Shown here piece by piece: positions 9,498 through 19,828 of a DNA stretch of 64,000 nucleotides. Made by a program: the position numbers and the translations under genes. The notes under the pieces were generated by a model. That model was given only the letters and a program-made list of their open reading frames with translations, was not told where the DNA came from and ran no database searches. The DNA is from Methanotrichaceae archaeon (GTDB lineage: Archaea > Halobacteriota > Methanosarcinia > Methanotrichales > Methanotrichaceae), in the NCBI GenBank assembly GCA_963813075.1, contig CAWEXU010000030.1, forward strand, positions 416,001-480,000. The letters are read 5' to 3'. How positions within the stretch are numbered: position 1 is the stretch's first letter; each line of letters opens with the position of its first letter.

Positions 9498-11663
9498 TCA
9501 TAAACCTTGTCTTTTCAAGAAAGAGCGATCATGCTCTGAATTGATAAAAAAATAATTTAAGAACTTTAATCTCTTCGCTCTTTCCACCCTCTGGTAGTGG
9601 CGGTACATGATTCCCAGGGCATCTGCCACCTGCTCCGGGGTCGAGAAGACCGGTATTCCTGCCTTCTCCATCTTGATCACCCCGGGCATCATAAACTCCT
9701 TTCCGGCAACGCAGGCGATGATGGGCTTTCCCTTGTAGTCGATGCTCTTCAGGGCATCAACGTAGCTGTCTAAGATCTCCGCCTGGAGGATGACGATGAA
9801 GCTGCCCACGTCTTCGCTATCGACGCCAATCTCTATGGTGCTCTTCACAATCCTGGCATCCTGGCTGAAGGTGTAGTCCACTGGATTCATGCCGCAGACG
9901 TAGTCAGGCAAAAGATCCATAAGTCTCTCTTTCAGGGGCTCTTCCAGCTCGGAGAGGCGCATGCCGTTATCGGTGATGGCATCAGCGGCGATCACTCCCA
10001 AGGAGCCGGCATAGGTTATGATGAACACCCCCTCCCGGTCCGGCAGTGGCTGCTTGGATATGGCCCTTGCCAGGTTGAACATATGCTCGTAGTCCCGGGC
10101 GCGGATGATACCCGACTGGCGGAATACCGAGCTGAAGATCTGGTCGTTTCCGGCCAGGGATGCAGTATGGGATGCCACAGCCTTCTTTCCCGCCTCGGTC
10201 CGGCCGGACTTGAGCACCACTATGGGTTTATCCATGGTGATCTGCCGGGCCAGGTCTATGAAGCGCCTGCCCCCTTTCACCGACTCCAGGTACATGCAGA
10301 TGACATTGATTTTCTCGTCTTTGCTCACCGCCTCCATGATATCGGTCTCATTGATGTCCAATTTATTGCCGATGGTGGCGATGATGCCGAAGTCCATGAT
10401 ATGGCGCAGCCCCCAGAGCATCCCGGCAGCACAAACCCCGGCCTGGGAGACCAGGCCGATATTGCCCTGGCTTAAGGCATCCACAATCCCTATGGACTGC
10501 ACCATGCTGCAGTGGGTATTGATGATCCCGGAGCAGTTCGGCCCCAGCAATCGCACCCCGTACTTATCGGCGATCTCTTTCATCTGCAGTTCGATCTTCT
10601 TGCCCTCCGGCCCCAGCTCGGCAAACCCCGCCGACTCGACCACGATATAGCGCACGCCGCACTGGCAGCACTCCTCCACCACATCTGCAGTCATGCCTGC
10701 GGAGACCAGGATGATGGCCACATCCACCGGCTCGTGCACAGCGCTGATCCGGGGATAGGCTTTGATGCCCTGGATCTCATCTGCCCGGGGATTGATGGGG
10801 TAGAGCATACCCTTAAACCCGTGGCTGACCAGATTGTTGAAAACATTCCAGCCCAGCTTGCCGGGAGTGCCGGATGCCCCGATCACGGCAATGCTCTGGG
10901 GGTAGAAGAGGTCATGCAGGTCCTGCTTTTCCTTCCCGGCGGGGGGGCTTGCCCTGGGCTCGCCCAGGATGATGCGAGCGTCGACCACGGTGTATCCATC
11001 GGGATAGAGGAACACGGGATTCAGGTCCATCTCCCGTATACTGGGCTCTGAGTCCACATAATCTGATATTTTCATCAGCAGATCCTTCAAGGCCTCGATA
11101 TCCGCACTGTGGCCCCGGCTGCCCTTTAAGAGGGTATAGCCCCGGATCTCCTCGATCATCTCCCCTGCATCCGAACGGGTGATGGGAATGGAGCGGAAGC
11201 TGACATCCTTCAAGACCTCGACGAATACCCCGCCCAGGCCGAACATCAGAACCGGCCCGAAGGTGGGGTCATTTGCCACTCCCACGATGGCCTCTATTCC
11301 CGGCGGGGCCATCCTCTGAACCGATATGCCCTCCACCGGCCTTCCCTGGAATGCGCTGGCTATGTCCCTGTAACCCTTCCGGACCTCTTTTTCATCAATC
11401 AATTGGAGCTTGACCCCTCCTGCATCGGATTTATGGATGACGTCCGAAGAGAGGACCTTCAAGGCGACGGGCGAGTCCAGGGACTTGAATATATCCACTG
11501 CCTCATCCTCTGACCTTGCCACTCTGGATCCGGTGGTCCTGATTCCCAGCTCCTCTAAAATGGCCTTGCTCTCGTTCTCCATAAGATAGCTTCTGTCTTC
11601 CCGCTTTGCTCTATCCATGATGTCTTTGATTAGTCCTGCCATTTTCAACCCCTGATTGCCCAT
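9498..11663 (-). CDS. ADP-forming acetate/acyl-CoA ligase, fused subunits in beta-alpha order
   Basis: N-terminal ATP-grasp (HKSDAGGV, DLNPV), then CoA-binding domain (IAVIGAS, LGPNC) and phospho-His loop SHTASLAG. Confidence 0.92.
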   Translation of the reverse strand: MGNQGLKMAGLIKDIMDRAKREDRSYLMENESKAILEELGIRTTGSRVARSEDEAVDIFKSLDSPVALKVLSSDVIHKSDAGGVKLQLIDEKEVRKGYRDIASAFQGRPVEGISVQRMAPPGIEAIVGVANDPTFGPVLMFGLGGVFVEVLKDVSFRSIPITRSDAGEMIEEIRGYTLLKGSRGHSADIEALKDLLMKISDYVDSEPSIREMDLNPVFLYPDGYTVVDARIILGEPRASPPAGKEKQDLHDLFYPQSIAVIGASGTPGKLGWNVFNNLVSHGFKGMLYPINPRADEIQGIKAYPRISAVHEPVDVAIILVSAGMTADVVEECCQCGVRYIVVESAGFAELGPEGKKIELQMKEIADKYGVRLLGPNCSGIINTHCSMVQSIGIVDALSQGNIGLVSQAGVCAAGMLWGLRHIMDFGIIATIGNKLDINETDIMEAVSKDEKINVICMYLESVKGGRRFIDLARQITMDKPIVVLKSGRTEAGKKAVASHTASLAGNDQIFSSVFRQSGIIRARDYEHMFNLARAISKQPLPDREGVFIITYAGSLGVIAADAITDNGMRLSELEEPLKERLMDLLPDYVCGMNPVDYTFSQDARIVKSTIEIGVDSEDVGSFIVILQAEILDSYVDALKSIDYKGKPIIACVAGKEFMMPGVIKMEKAGIPVFSTPEQVADALGIMYRHYQRVERAKRLKFLNYFFINSEHDRSFLKRQGL

Positions 11664-11723
11664 TTTTCGTTATCGCTTTGCCCATCAATTGAAGGGACGT
11701 TATTTTAAGAATACGCCCCATAG

Positions 11724-11815
11724 CTAAATTTTTCGTTCATTACATGGTACGGCCTCACATGCCAACATAGAAATGTCTCCAATTAGCACTGAGTTCGTCC
11801 TAAATTTTTCGTTCA
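11724..11815. repeat. Perfect 16-bp direct repeat CTAAATTTTTCGTTCA upstream of the acyl-CoA ligase
   Basis: Identical copies at 11724-11739 and 11800-11815. Confidence 0.8.
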
Positions 11816-11909
11816 GAAAATGATCGATCTATAAAAAAGTGAGAAGGATTTACGATGTGCTGCGTTCAATAAAGAAATTAAGAGTTGCCGGTTTGGCTAT
11901 TCTCTCAGC

Positions 11910-12173
11910 TCACCAGCAGCCCCAGGAGTCAGCAGGATCGGTGCTGAAGAATGACCATATGCCGATGCTCCAGCTTGTTGAAGTTCTCGATGCAGATCCG
12001 CCGCTGCAGATATTTGGCATAAGACCGGTTGTTGTCGGCACAGTGACCGATGGAATGGCACACCAGGATGGCGAGCTGGTGCTGATCGAATTTTGAGCGC
12101 AGGCGACACTCATGCTCCCCGAAATTGCCATCAAGAGCAATACGAGTGCAAATAGCCATATTTTCAAAGACAT
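11910..12173 (-). CDS. Small secreted Ser/Thr/Trp/Cys-rich protein
   Basis: Signal peptide MSLKIWLFALVLLLMAISGSMSVACA; GGAGG upstream. Confidence 0.55.
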   Translation of the reverse strand: MSLKIWLFALVLLLMAISGSMSVACAQNSISTSSPSWCAIPSVTVPTTTGLMPNICSGGSASRTSTSWSIGIWSFFSTDPADSWGCW

Positions 12174-12302
12174 TTCCAGAAGGCCTCCAATTAGATTATT
12201 AATGTTTAATTATGATTTTCCTCCCTATTATACTTATTGGTAGTATGCCAGACCGCAAATGGAAGCGATGATCTTATCTCAGATAAAAGGCCATTATCTC
12301 TC

Positions 12303-13046
12303 ATGGAAAAGGATATTGTCCAGGTCATCCTTGAGAAGGAGCTTTCTGTCAAGAACCCCATTTTGATAGAGGGATTCCCGGGAATAGGCCTGGTAGGGAA
12401 CATCGCCAGCCAGTACATCGTCAACGACCTTAAGATGACCTACGTCGGGGCCATGAACTCCAAATACTTCCCGCCACTGGCAGTCCTTCTGGGCGGGGTG
12501 GTGAACATGCCCGTTCGCATCTATGAGGATGCAAACAAGGGCCTGGTGGTTCTCACCGCCGATATACCCGTTCATCCCCTGGCCTCATATGATGTTGGAA
12601 GGGAGATCGTGGCCTGGGCGGAGTCCATCAATGTCAAGGAATTGATCTGCCTGGCAGGAATAACCGTGATGGACGATCAGAACCGGGTCTTCGGCGCTGT
12701 GAGCCGCCCTGAGCTGCTGGATAGGATAAAGGGGAAGGCAGAGATCTTCGAGGTCGGGACGATCACCGGAATCACCGGCAGCATAATGAACGAGTGCCGC
12801 ATAAGAAACCTGCCCGCTGTCTGCCTCCTGGGGGAGACGGCGTCCGCAGAGCCTGATCCCAGATCGGCAATCGCAGCCATAGATACCATAAACAAGATCT
12901 ATGACCTGGGGGTGAACACTGCCAAGCTCGCGGAGCAGGCAGAGGAGATCGAGGTGCAGATGGCTCAGCTGGCCCAGCAGATGAAAGCGGCCTCGCCCGA
13001 GGAACAGCAGACCCAGATGCCCAAAGAGTTCCCAATGTACGGGTGA
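12303..13046 (+). CDS. PAC2-family proteasome assembly chaperone
   Basis: IEGFPGIGLVGNIA and PDPRSA motifs; C-terminal MYG (HbYX-like). Confidence 0.9.
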   Translation: MEKDIVQVILEKELSVKNPILIEGFPGIGLVGNIASQYIVNDLKMTYVGAMNSKYFPPLAVLLGGVVNMPVRIYEDANKGLVVLTADIPVHPLASYDVGREIVAWAESINVKELICLAGITVMDDQNRVFGAVSRPELLDRIKGKAEIFEVGTITGITGSIMNECRIRNLPAVCLLGETASAEPDPRSAIAAIDTINKIYDLGVNTAKLAEQAEEIEVQMAQLAQQMKAASPEEQQTQMPKEFPMYG

Positions 13047-13052
13047 TGCCAG

Positions 13053-13442
13053 ATGATTTACACAAGCCTAACCGGATTATCCAGAAATGTGATAAAGGAG
13101 ATTCAAGTCGCCAGAGTGAGGACCGTGGAGATCAGGAGCCCGAACAACTTCTTTGCCATCTCCGGCTGCCAGCCCGGGGAAAGGATCTTCGTCACCGATT
13201 CGAGCGCTCTTGATGTCGTCCCAGGCACAACCGGCCTGATCACCAGCATAAAGGCTCTGCAACTCATAACCCACCGAACCATCCAGTCCGGAGAGAACTA
13301 TTATGAAGAGAGCGAGTCTCAGGCGGCCAGGCTGCAGCTGCAGCTGGTGGGCGTCGGTCGGGTGAGGAGGATCGCCTCCATTGAGCCGGGAACGCCCCTG
13401 ACCCTGGACGTGGATGAGGTAAGGTACTGCGGAGCGCGATAG
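13053..13442 (+). CDS. DUF473-family protein
   Basis: LTGLS..VI.E....VRTVEIRSPNNF motif; follows PAC2. Confidence 0.75.
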   Translation: MIYTSLTGLSRNVIKEIQVARVRTVEIRSPNNFFAISGCQPGERIFVTDSSALDVVPGTTGLITSIKALQLITHRTIQSGENYYEESESQAARLQLQLVGVGRVRRIASIEPGTPLTLDVDEVRYCGAR

Positions 13443-13480
13443 AGCCTCCCTTTTTTTAGATAGGAGCGATAGCTTTTGCC

Positions 13481-14932
13481 ATGAAGGTCCTTTTGGTCAC
13501 TGGAAGGCTGGCATCCGGGCAGGTCAAAAGATGTGCCTGTGGCGCAGATGTGCTGGTGGCGGATGTTGATGTAGCGGCATTTATCACTCCGGAGATGCTC
13601 TGCCGGGCGGCCCCTTGTGGATACGACATGATACTGATTCCCGGGGCCATAACCGCCGATTTCCGAGATGCTGAGAAGGCTCTTGGCACCAGGATCCGCC
13701 TGGGGCCGAAGCATGCCATAGACCTGACATCTATCCTGCCCTGCCTGGATGAGGTCGAGCTCTCCACCACCGTTCCCGCCTGTGCCCTGATGGGGGAGAA
13801 AAGAAGTAAGGAGGCCATAATTCAGTTGGAAGGGCTGGAAGCCAGCGCTTCTTGCCAGTTAACCCTTAAAGGGGTCAAGATCGGGGGCAGCTCGCGGATG
13901 AAGGTCCTGGCGGAGATCGTCGATGCCACCCGGCTTGATGATCTGGCCCTTAGAGAGAAGATCAGATACTTCGAGGGTCAGGGGGCTGACCTGATCGACC
14001 TGGGGGCATCTTTGGATGCCACTCCTGCCTGCATCAAAAGGGCTCTTGAGACGGCAAAAGAGGCTACCCTTCTTCCCATAAGCATAGACGCCGTCCGGCC
14101 GGAGCTTATCTTTGCCGGCATCGAGGCCGGGGCGGACATGATACTGAGCCTTAACGGCGAGAACCTCCCCCTGGTGGGAAGAACAGTGGCCGAAGCGGGC
14201 ATACCGGCGGTGGTCATACCTGGGCCCGGATCGGTCACATTGGAAGAGAACCTGGCCCGGGCGAGAGGTTATTCAATCCAGGCGATTGCCGATCCGGTTC
14301 TCGATCCGCCCCTGATGGGCCTGGCCCGGTCACTGAATAGATACATCCACTTCCGGGACTCTGAGCCCGATGTCCCACTATTTTTCGGGGTGGGCAATGT
14401 CACTGAGCTCATGGATGCCGACAGTCCTGGGGCCAATCTCCTTTTATCCGTCCTGGGCTCGGAGGTGGGGGCCTCTTTGCTCTTCACTCCCGAGTACAGC
14501 GCCAAAGCGATGGGCTCCATCCACGAGCTGGCCGTGGCCTCGAGGATGGTCGTCCTTGCCCAGTGCCGCCAGACCCCTCCCAAGGATCTGGGACTGGACC
14601 TGTTGATCCTCAAGGAGAAGAGGAGGATTTTCGAGGAACCCCCTCCCGGAGCAGTGGTAGAGGCCTCAAAAGAGCATGAGTACCAGCCGGATTCTGCCGG
14701 AAGCTTCAGGATCCTCCTCTCCGGGGGAAAGATCCTGGCAATAAATGGCAAGATCACTGTGGCCGGCACCAGCGCGCGGGATATTCTCAACACCCTCATC
14801 GACCTGGGATTGGTAAGCAGGCTCGACCATGCCGGCTATCTGGGCCGGGAGCTGGAGCGGGCCCAGATCGCCCTTCAACTCGATCGGAGCTATATCCAGG
14901 ACGAGCCTCTCTGGCAGAGAAAGGTTAAATAA
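13481..14932 (+). CDS. Dihydropteroate synthase-like protein (methanogen type, DUF4346 C-terminus)
   Basis: MKVLAEIVDA, GADLIDLG, FFGVGNVTELMDADS and HAGYLGRELERA motifs. Confidence 0.88.
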   Translation: MKVLLVTGRLASGQVKRCACGADVLVADVDVAAFITPEMLCRAAPCGYDMILIPGAITADFRDAEKALGTRIRLGPKHAIDLTSILPCLDEVELSTTVPACALMGEKRSKEAIIQLEGLEASASCQLTLKGVKIGGSSRMKVLAEIVDATRLDDLALREKIRYFEGQGADLIDLGASLDATPACIKRALETAKEATLLPISIDAVRPELIFAGIEAGADMILSLNGENLPLVGRTVAEAGIPAVVIPGPGSVTLEENLARARGYSIQAIADPVLDPPLMGLARSLNRYIHFRDSEPDVPLFFGVGNVTELMDADSPGANLLLSVLGSEVGASLLFTPEYSAKAMGSIHELAVASRMVVLAQCRQTPPKDLGLDLLILKEKRRIFEEPPPGAVVEASKEHEYQPDSAGSFRILLSGGKILAINGKITVAGTSARDILNTLIDLGLVSRLDHAGYLGRELERAQIALQLDRSYIQDEPLWQRKVK

Positions 14933-14955
14933 TAATTATTGTTGAGGGAAAGAGG

Positions 14956-15813
14956 ATGAATCAGAAGGCTTTCGCTATCTTCGTAGGCGTTCTTATGGTG
15001 CTCTCTGGAATTGCGTACTTCCTGCCCATAGGCACCAATAACAGCGAGATTGTCGTACCGTCAACTAACGATTCCCTGGAGACATTTCAGGTTAAGGGTA
15101 GCCTGGTGGAGTGGAGCTTCGATGGACTGGGAGATGTCCTGGAGATGGCACCGCAGAGCACAGATATGGCATACTGGATTGACATCAACTCATCGCAGAA
15201 CCTAACCTCTGCGGCGAGGATGGCCCTGCCCCAGTCCATCGGCCTGACCTATGGGAACCAGCTTTACACCACCCAGATCGAAAGGCTGGCGGAGATCCGT
15301 TTCAACAATACCTGGGCGGAGTTCCACTGGATCCGGCCTTATCCTCTGGCCTACGACGGCCTGGTCATACCCCATGATGGCTATATGATGATCCCCGTGG
15401 GCACGGACTATGCCATGGTCATGGGCAGGCCCACTCTGTTCGGGCCGCAAGAGGGAATAAAGCAGTCACTGGATGTGATATCAGGAGGCCAGCCGGCAGA
15501 AGACTTCACCCTGGTTAATGATAGCGAAGCTGATCTGCAGGTAGCAGCTCTTGGTCGCGGAGGGAGGAGTATGCCTTTAGCCGGCGGGTATAAGGAGTTC
15601 AACCTCATGGTTACTGAATCCCAGGATCGGGCGGATGGTTTTGATATCGTCTCCCGCATTCTCCAGCCGACCGCAGATACGAGTAGTAAGATAAAGGACC
15701 TGGCCGAAAAGAGCGATCTGGAGTATTCTGCCCGTGGATCGGAAGGAGAATTGTCCGGATTTGTACCTGGGACAAATATCCAGGATGTGCTGATGGCACT
15801 TCTTGGACCCTAG
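14956..15813 (+). CDS. Membrane-anchored hypothetical protein
   Basis: N-terminal hydrophobic helix; 285-aa ORF. Confidence 0.7.
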   Translation: MNQKAFAIFVGVLMVLSGIAYFLPIGTNNSEIVVPSTNDSLETFQVKGSLVEWSFDGLGDVLEMAPQSTDMAYWIDINSSQNLTSAARMALPQSIGLTYGNQLYTTQIERLAEIRFNNTWAEFHWIRPYPLAYDGLVIPHDGYMMIPVGTDYAMVMGRPTLFGPQEGIKQSLDVISGGQPAEDFTLVNDSEADLQVAALGRGGRSMPLAGGYKEFNLMVTESQDRADGFDIVSRILQPTADTSSKIKDLAEKSDLEYSARGSEGELSGFVPGTNIQDVLMALLGP

Positions 15814-15925
15814 CGCAACCTTTTTACATGTGGAACTAATGGCAGATCTAGTCTTAAGGTATGATCCAAGAGGCGCTTTTGCGATGAATGATGATGGGCA
15901 CCGTTGCCCGGAAGGAGAATAAATT

Positions 15926-16294
15926 ATGGCAAGACCAATATATGTAAGGTTTGATGTTCCAGCAGATCTGGCTACCAAATCCCTTGAAGCCCTTGAGATG
16001 GCTCGCGATACCGGCAGAATAAAGAAGGGGACTAACGAGGCCACCAAGGCCATTGAGAGGGGTGTAGCCCGTCTGGTTATCGTCGGTGAGGATGTTCAGC
16101 CTCCTGAGATCGTAGCTCATATTCCCGCTCTATGCGAAGAGAAGAAGACTCCCTATATCTATGTCAAGAAGCAGAGCGAGCTTGGCGCCGCCGCAGGTTT
16201 GGGCGTGAAGAGCGCAGCTGCGGCCATAGTGGAGCCGGGAAAAGGAAAAGATCTGGTGGATGAGATCGTCCAGAAAGTTGGATCATTGAAGTAG
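15926..16294 (+). CDS. rpl7ae: Ribosomal protein L7Ae
   Basis: [18 protein letters not shown]...EDV.P.EIVAH motif. Confidence 0.98.
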   Translation: MARPIYVRFDVPADLATKSLEALEMARDTGRIKKGTNEATKAIERGVARLVIVGEDVQPPEIVAHIPALCEEKKTPYIYVKKQSELGAAAGLGVKSAAAAIVEPGKGKDLVDEIVQKVGSLK

Positions 16295-16304
16295 GTGATA
16301 TCCG

Positions 16305-16517
16305 ATGGAGGATGATAGCGGAATACCGGCGGAGGTCATCGAGGTAATCGGCGTCACTGGCATGCATGGGGAAGCAATGCAGATCAAGTGCCGCATTCTT
16401 GAGGGAAATAACAAGGGGCGAATCATCACCAGGAACAGCATGGGGCCCATAAGAATCGGCGATATCCTTATGCTGCTGGAGACGGCGAGAGAGGCAAAGA
16501 AGCTTACCAGCAGGTGA
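16305..16517 (+). CDS. rps28e: Ribosomal protein S28e
   Basis: [15 protein letters not shown]...GRIITRN..GP...[11 protein letters not shown] motif. Confidence 0.97.
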   Translation: MEDDSGIPAEVIEVIGVTGMHGEAMQIKCRILEGNNKGRIITRNSMGPIRIGDILMLLETAREAKKLTSR

Positions 16518-16522
16518 AGTAG

Positions 16523-16693
16523 ATGGAAGAGAGAAAGTGCAGCTTCTGCAATAGGACCATCGAGCCGGGCACGGGAAAGCTCTATGCCAAGAAGGATGGA
16601 ACGGTATTTTACTTCTGCTCTGCCAAATGCGAGAACAACGTGGCCCTTGGCCGGGTGACGAGAAGGATAAAGTGGGCCCGCAAGGGGGCATAA
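16523..16693 (+). CDS. rpl24e: Ribosomal protein L24e (below the ORF-track size cutoff)
   Basis: Manual translation [56 protein letters not shown]; canonical operon position. Confidence 0.97.
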   Translation: MEERKCSFCNRTIEPGTGKLYAKKDGTVFYFCSAKCENNVALGRVTRRIKWARKGA

Positions 16694-16699
16694 GGCCTG

Positions 16700-17155
16700 G
16701 TGGATATAGAGAGAACATTCATCATGGTCAAGCCCGATGGCGTCCAGCGGGGCCTGGTGGGCATGATCCTGCAGAGAATCGAGGCGAAAGGCTTCAAGAT
16801 CGTGGCCATGAAGCTGGCCCGGATGCCTGAGGAGAAGGCCAAAGAGCATTATGCGGAGCATGTGGGCAAGAAGTTCTACCAGGATCTGGTGGACTTCATC
16901 ACCTCTGGGCCCTCCGTCTCCCTGGTGGTCGAGGGCAAAGGGGCCATTGCCGCCATGAGGAAGATGAACGGCGCTACAAATCCTGTGGATGCCGTCCCGG
17001 GAACCATTCGCGGTGACTGGGGGATCGAGATGGGACGGAATGTGGTGCACGGCTCAGACTCCCCGGCATCGGCCTCTCGCGAGATCGCTCTTCACTTCGA
17101 ACCGTTCGAGCTGGTCGAATACAAGCGAATAGATGAAGAATGGCTCTACGAGTAG
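16700..17155 (+). CDS. ndk: Nucleoside diphosphate kinase
   Basis: ERTFIMVKPDGVQRGL, PGTIRGD and NVVHGSDS motifs. Confidence 0.98.
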   Translation: MDIERTFIMVKPDGVQRGLVGMILQRIEAKGFKIVAMKLARMPEEKAKEHYAEHVGKKFYQDLVDFITSGPSVSLVVEGKGAIAAMRKMNGATNPVDAVPGTIRGDWGIEMGRNVVHGSDSPASASREIALHFEPFELVEYKRIDEEWLYE

Positions 17156-17157
17156 CT

Positions 17158-17180
17158 CCTGGCAGAAGCCATCTGCCAGG
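17158..17180 (+). terminator. 9-bp stem hairpin after ndk (terminator or 3' stabiliser)
   Basis: CCTGGCAGA-AGCCA-TCTGCCAGG immediately after the stop codon. Confidence 0.45.
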
Positions 17181-17254
17181 CTCTCATGGGAGCCTTTAAA
17201 TTCTCAAAAAATAAATTGCTTTTTTAAGGCTAATTCTCTGAGAAGCGATCTTTC

Positions 17255-19063
17255 ATGCAGAATAAATCCAAAAAAACCGGCAAGGCAAAGGGAAAGGAAT
17301 CCACCCTCAGGACGCCAATCGTAGTGGTAATGGGGCATGTGGATCACGGCAAGACCACGCTCCTGGATAAGATCCGGGGGACAGCGGTTGCCAAGGGTGA
17401 GGCCGGCCTGATCACCCAGCACATCGGAGCCACAGAGGTTCCCCTGGATGTGGTTCAGGATTTCTGCGGATCGCATTTCGGAAAGGATATTCAGATCCCC
17501 GGGCTGCTGTTCATCGATACCCCGGGGCATCATGCCTTCACCTCCATGCGCAGCCGGGGCGGCTCATTGGCTGACCTGGCGGTGCTGATCGTGGACGTAA
17601 ACGAGGGATTCCAGCCCCAGACCATCGAGTCTTTGAGCATCCTCAAGCGCTTCAAGACTCCATTTGTGGTCGCCGCCAATAAGATGGACCGCATCGGCGG
17701 ATGGCATACCACTCCTAATTCTCCCTTCGCCAAAAGCCTGAAGGCGCAGAACGAGAGGGTCTCCGAGAACCTCGATACCAGGTTGTATGAGCTGGTGGGA
17801 GAGCTCTACAAGTACGGCTTTGATGCTGACCGCTATGATCGCATCACCGACTTCACCCGGACGGTGGGGATTGTGCCCATCAGCGCCATCACCGGCGAGG
17901 GAGTTCCGGACCTTCTCATGATCCTGGTGGGTCTGGCGCAGAGGTTCCTCAAGGATAATCTGCAGCTCACCGCCACTGGACCGGGTCTTGGCACCATTCT
18001 CGAGGTCAAGGAGGAGAAGGGTCTTGGCACCACCCTTGACGTCATCCTTTATAACGGGGAATTTTTTGCCGGGGATACGGTGATAGTCGGCACCTCTCGC
18101 GAGCCTCTGGTCACCAAGATCAGGGCTCTTCTCAAGCCCAAACCCCTGGCTGAGATCAGGAGCGAGGAGAGGTTCCTGCCGGTCAAGCATGTATCTGCCG
18201 CCTCCGGGGTCAAGGTATCCGCGCCAAAGCTGGATAATGCCCTGGCCGGGTCAACCATTCGGGTGGTCTCCAATCCGGATGAGTTGGAGGCACTATCACG
18301 GGAGTTGAAGTCCGAGCTGGAAGCGGTCAGAATAGACACCGAAAATGAGGGGGTAATTCTCAAGTCGGACACCATCGGCTCGCTGGAGGCCCTGGTGGGA
18401 GAGCTCAAGGCAAGAGACATTCGCATTCACTATGCCGATGTGGGGCCCATATCCCGAAGGGATGTGATAAGGGCTGCTGCCATAAACGATCCCCTCCTCT
18501 CCGCTATCCTGGGATTCAATGTGGACATACTGCCCGATGCCTTAAGCGAGATCCAGAAGACTCTTGTTCCCGTCTTCTCGAGCGAGATCATCTATACCAT
18601 CATCGAGAGCTATGAGCACTGGGTGGAGGACCAGAAGATCAAGATGGAGCAGGAGCGCCTGGAAGCGGTCATCCGGCCGGGAGCGGTGCGCATACTCCCA
18701 GATTGCGTCTTCCGCCAGTCCAAGCCCGCGGTGGTGGGAGTTCAGGTCATCGGCGGCATCGTCAGGACCCAGGTAAACCTGATGAGAGAGGACGGGGCCA
18801 ACGTGGGTGTGGTTAAAGGCATCCAGGCTCATAATGAGAACCAGGGATCGGCAACCGTCGGCCAGGAGGTGGCCATATCCATCGACGGGCCCACGGTGGG
18901 CCGGCAGATCCATGAGGGCGATATCCTCTATGTCAACATCCCGGAAAAGCATGCCCGTATTGTGGAATTGGAGCTGAAACCCAAGCTGGCCGAGGATGAG
19001 AGAGAGGTCCTGGAGAACTTCCTGGAGATCAAGCGCAAGAAGGATCCCTTCTGGGGGAGGTAG
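17255..19063 (+). CDS. infB: Translation initiation factor aIF5B (IF-2)
   Basis: GHVDHGKTT, DTPGH and NKMD motifs; C-terminal KDPFWG. Confidence 0.98.
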   Translation: MQNKSKKTGKAKGKESTLRTPIVVVMGHVDHGKTTLLDKIRGTAVAKGEAGLITQHIGATEVPLDVVQDFCGSHFGKDIQIPGLLFIDTPGHHAFTSMRSRGGSLADLAVLIVDVNEGFQPQTIESLSILKRFKTPFVVAANKMDRIGGWHTTPNSPFAKSLKAQNERVSENLDTRLYELVGELYKYGFDADRYDRITDFTRTVGIVPISAITGEGVPDLLMILVGLAQRFLKDNLQLTATGPGLGTILEVKEEKGLGTTLDVILYNGEFFAGDTVIVGTSREPLVTKIRALLKPKPLAEIRSEERFLPVKHVSAASGVKVSAPKLDNALAGSTIRVVSNPDELEALSRELKSELEAVRIDTENEGVILKSDTIGSLEALVGELKARDIRIHYADVGPISRRDVIRAAAINDPLLSAILGFNVDILPDALSEIQKTLVPVFSSEIIYTIIESYEHWVEDQKIKMEQERLEAVIRPGAVRILPDCVFRQSKPAVVGVQVIGGIVRTQVNLMREDGANVGVVKGIQAHNENQGSATVGQEVAISIDGPTVGRQIHEGDILYVNIPEKHARIVELELKPKLAEDEREVLENFLEIKRKKDPFWGR

Positions 19064-19109
19064 GATATGGCTTTCATGGCTTTAGCGCTAACTTCTTTCC
19101 GGCAGGGTA

Positions 19110-19715
19110 ATGCCTATGGACCTGCCGCTTAACGAGATCATAATTCCCCTCATTGCCGTCGGCCTGGCGGAGATGGGCGACAAGACTCAGCTCTCTGTGA
19201 TACTTCTCTCCTCTCGCACCCGGGAGTACACCTCGCTCCTGGCCGGAGTTATGCTCGCATTTCTGATCACAGACGGAATTGCCATTCTCATCGGCTCCTG
19301 GGTTACAGGCGTCATTCCCCTCCATCTGCTAAAACTGATATCCGGCGGGGTGTTCATTCTGTTTGGGGCGATGATTCTCAGAGGGGGTCAAGAGGAGGCT
19401 GAAGAGGGGGGCGGGCTATCTTCCGGAAATGCTCTGGTGTCCGGATTTTCCCTGATCTTTCTCTCGGAGTGGGGGGATAAGACCCAGATCGCATCGGCAC
19501 TCTTCGCCACGGAGTATGATCCGGTCATGGTCTTCATAGGGGTCATGGCAGCGCTATTCATTCTCTCTGCTATGGCGGTCTATCTGGGAAAGATCATCTC
19601 TGGTAAGGTCGACCGGAGGCTGGTATCCAGGATAGCGGGCACAGTGTTCTTGATAATAGGCCTGGCGATCATCATCTCGATGGTAGTGCCATATGCGTTA
19701 GCTATTATATTCTAA
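19110..19715 (+). CDS. TMEM165/GDT1 (UPF0016) Ca/Mn transporter
   Basis: Two ExGDKTQ motifs (AEMGDKTQ, SEWGDKTQ). Confidence 0.93.
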   Translation: MPMDLPLNEIIIPLIAVGLAEMGDKTQLSVILLSSRTREYTSLLAGVMLAFLITDGIAILIGSWVTGVIPLHLLKLISGGVFILFGAMILRGGQEEAEEGGGLSSGNALVSGFSLIFLSEWGDKTQIASALFATEYDPVMVFIGVMAALFILSAMAVYLGKIISGKVDRRLVSRIAGTVFLIIGLAIIISMVVPYALAIIF

Positions 19716-19828
19716 TAGCCTAATAAAATAGAATATGAAAATAAAATAGAATATGGCAATAGAAAGGCCTTTGCCTTAAAGGCATAATGCCCTGCTATTG
19801 CTGCAGATTGTGTTGCGTTTTATCTGAT

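Noticed and set aside
16627..16830. ORF-track call between rps28e and ndk
   Set aside because: The real gene is rpl24e at 16523-16693 in another frame.
19722..19755. AATAAAATAGAATATG tandem repeat, and the degenerate repeat near 21910-21960
   Set aside because: Low-complexity T-tract terminator regions; two copies only.
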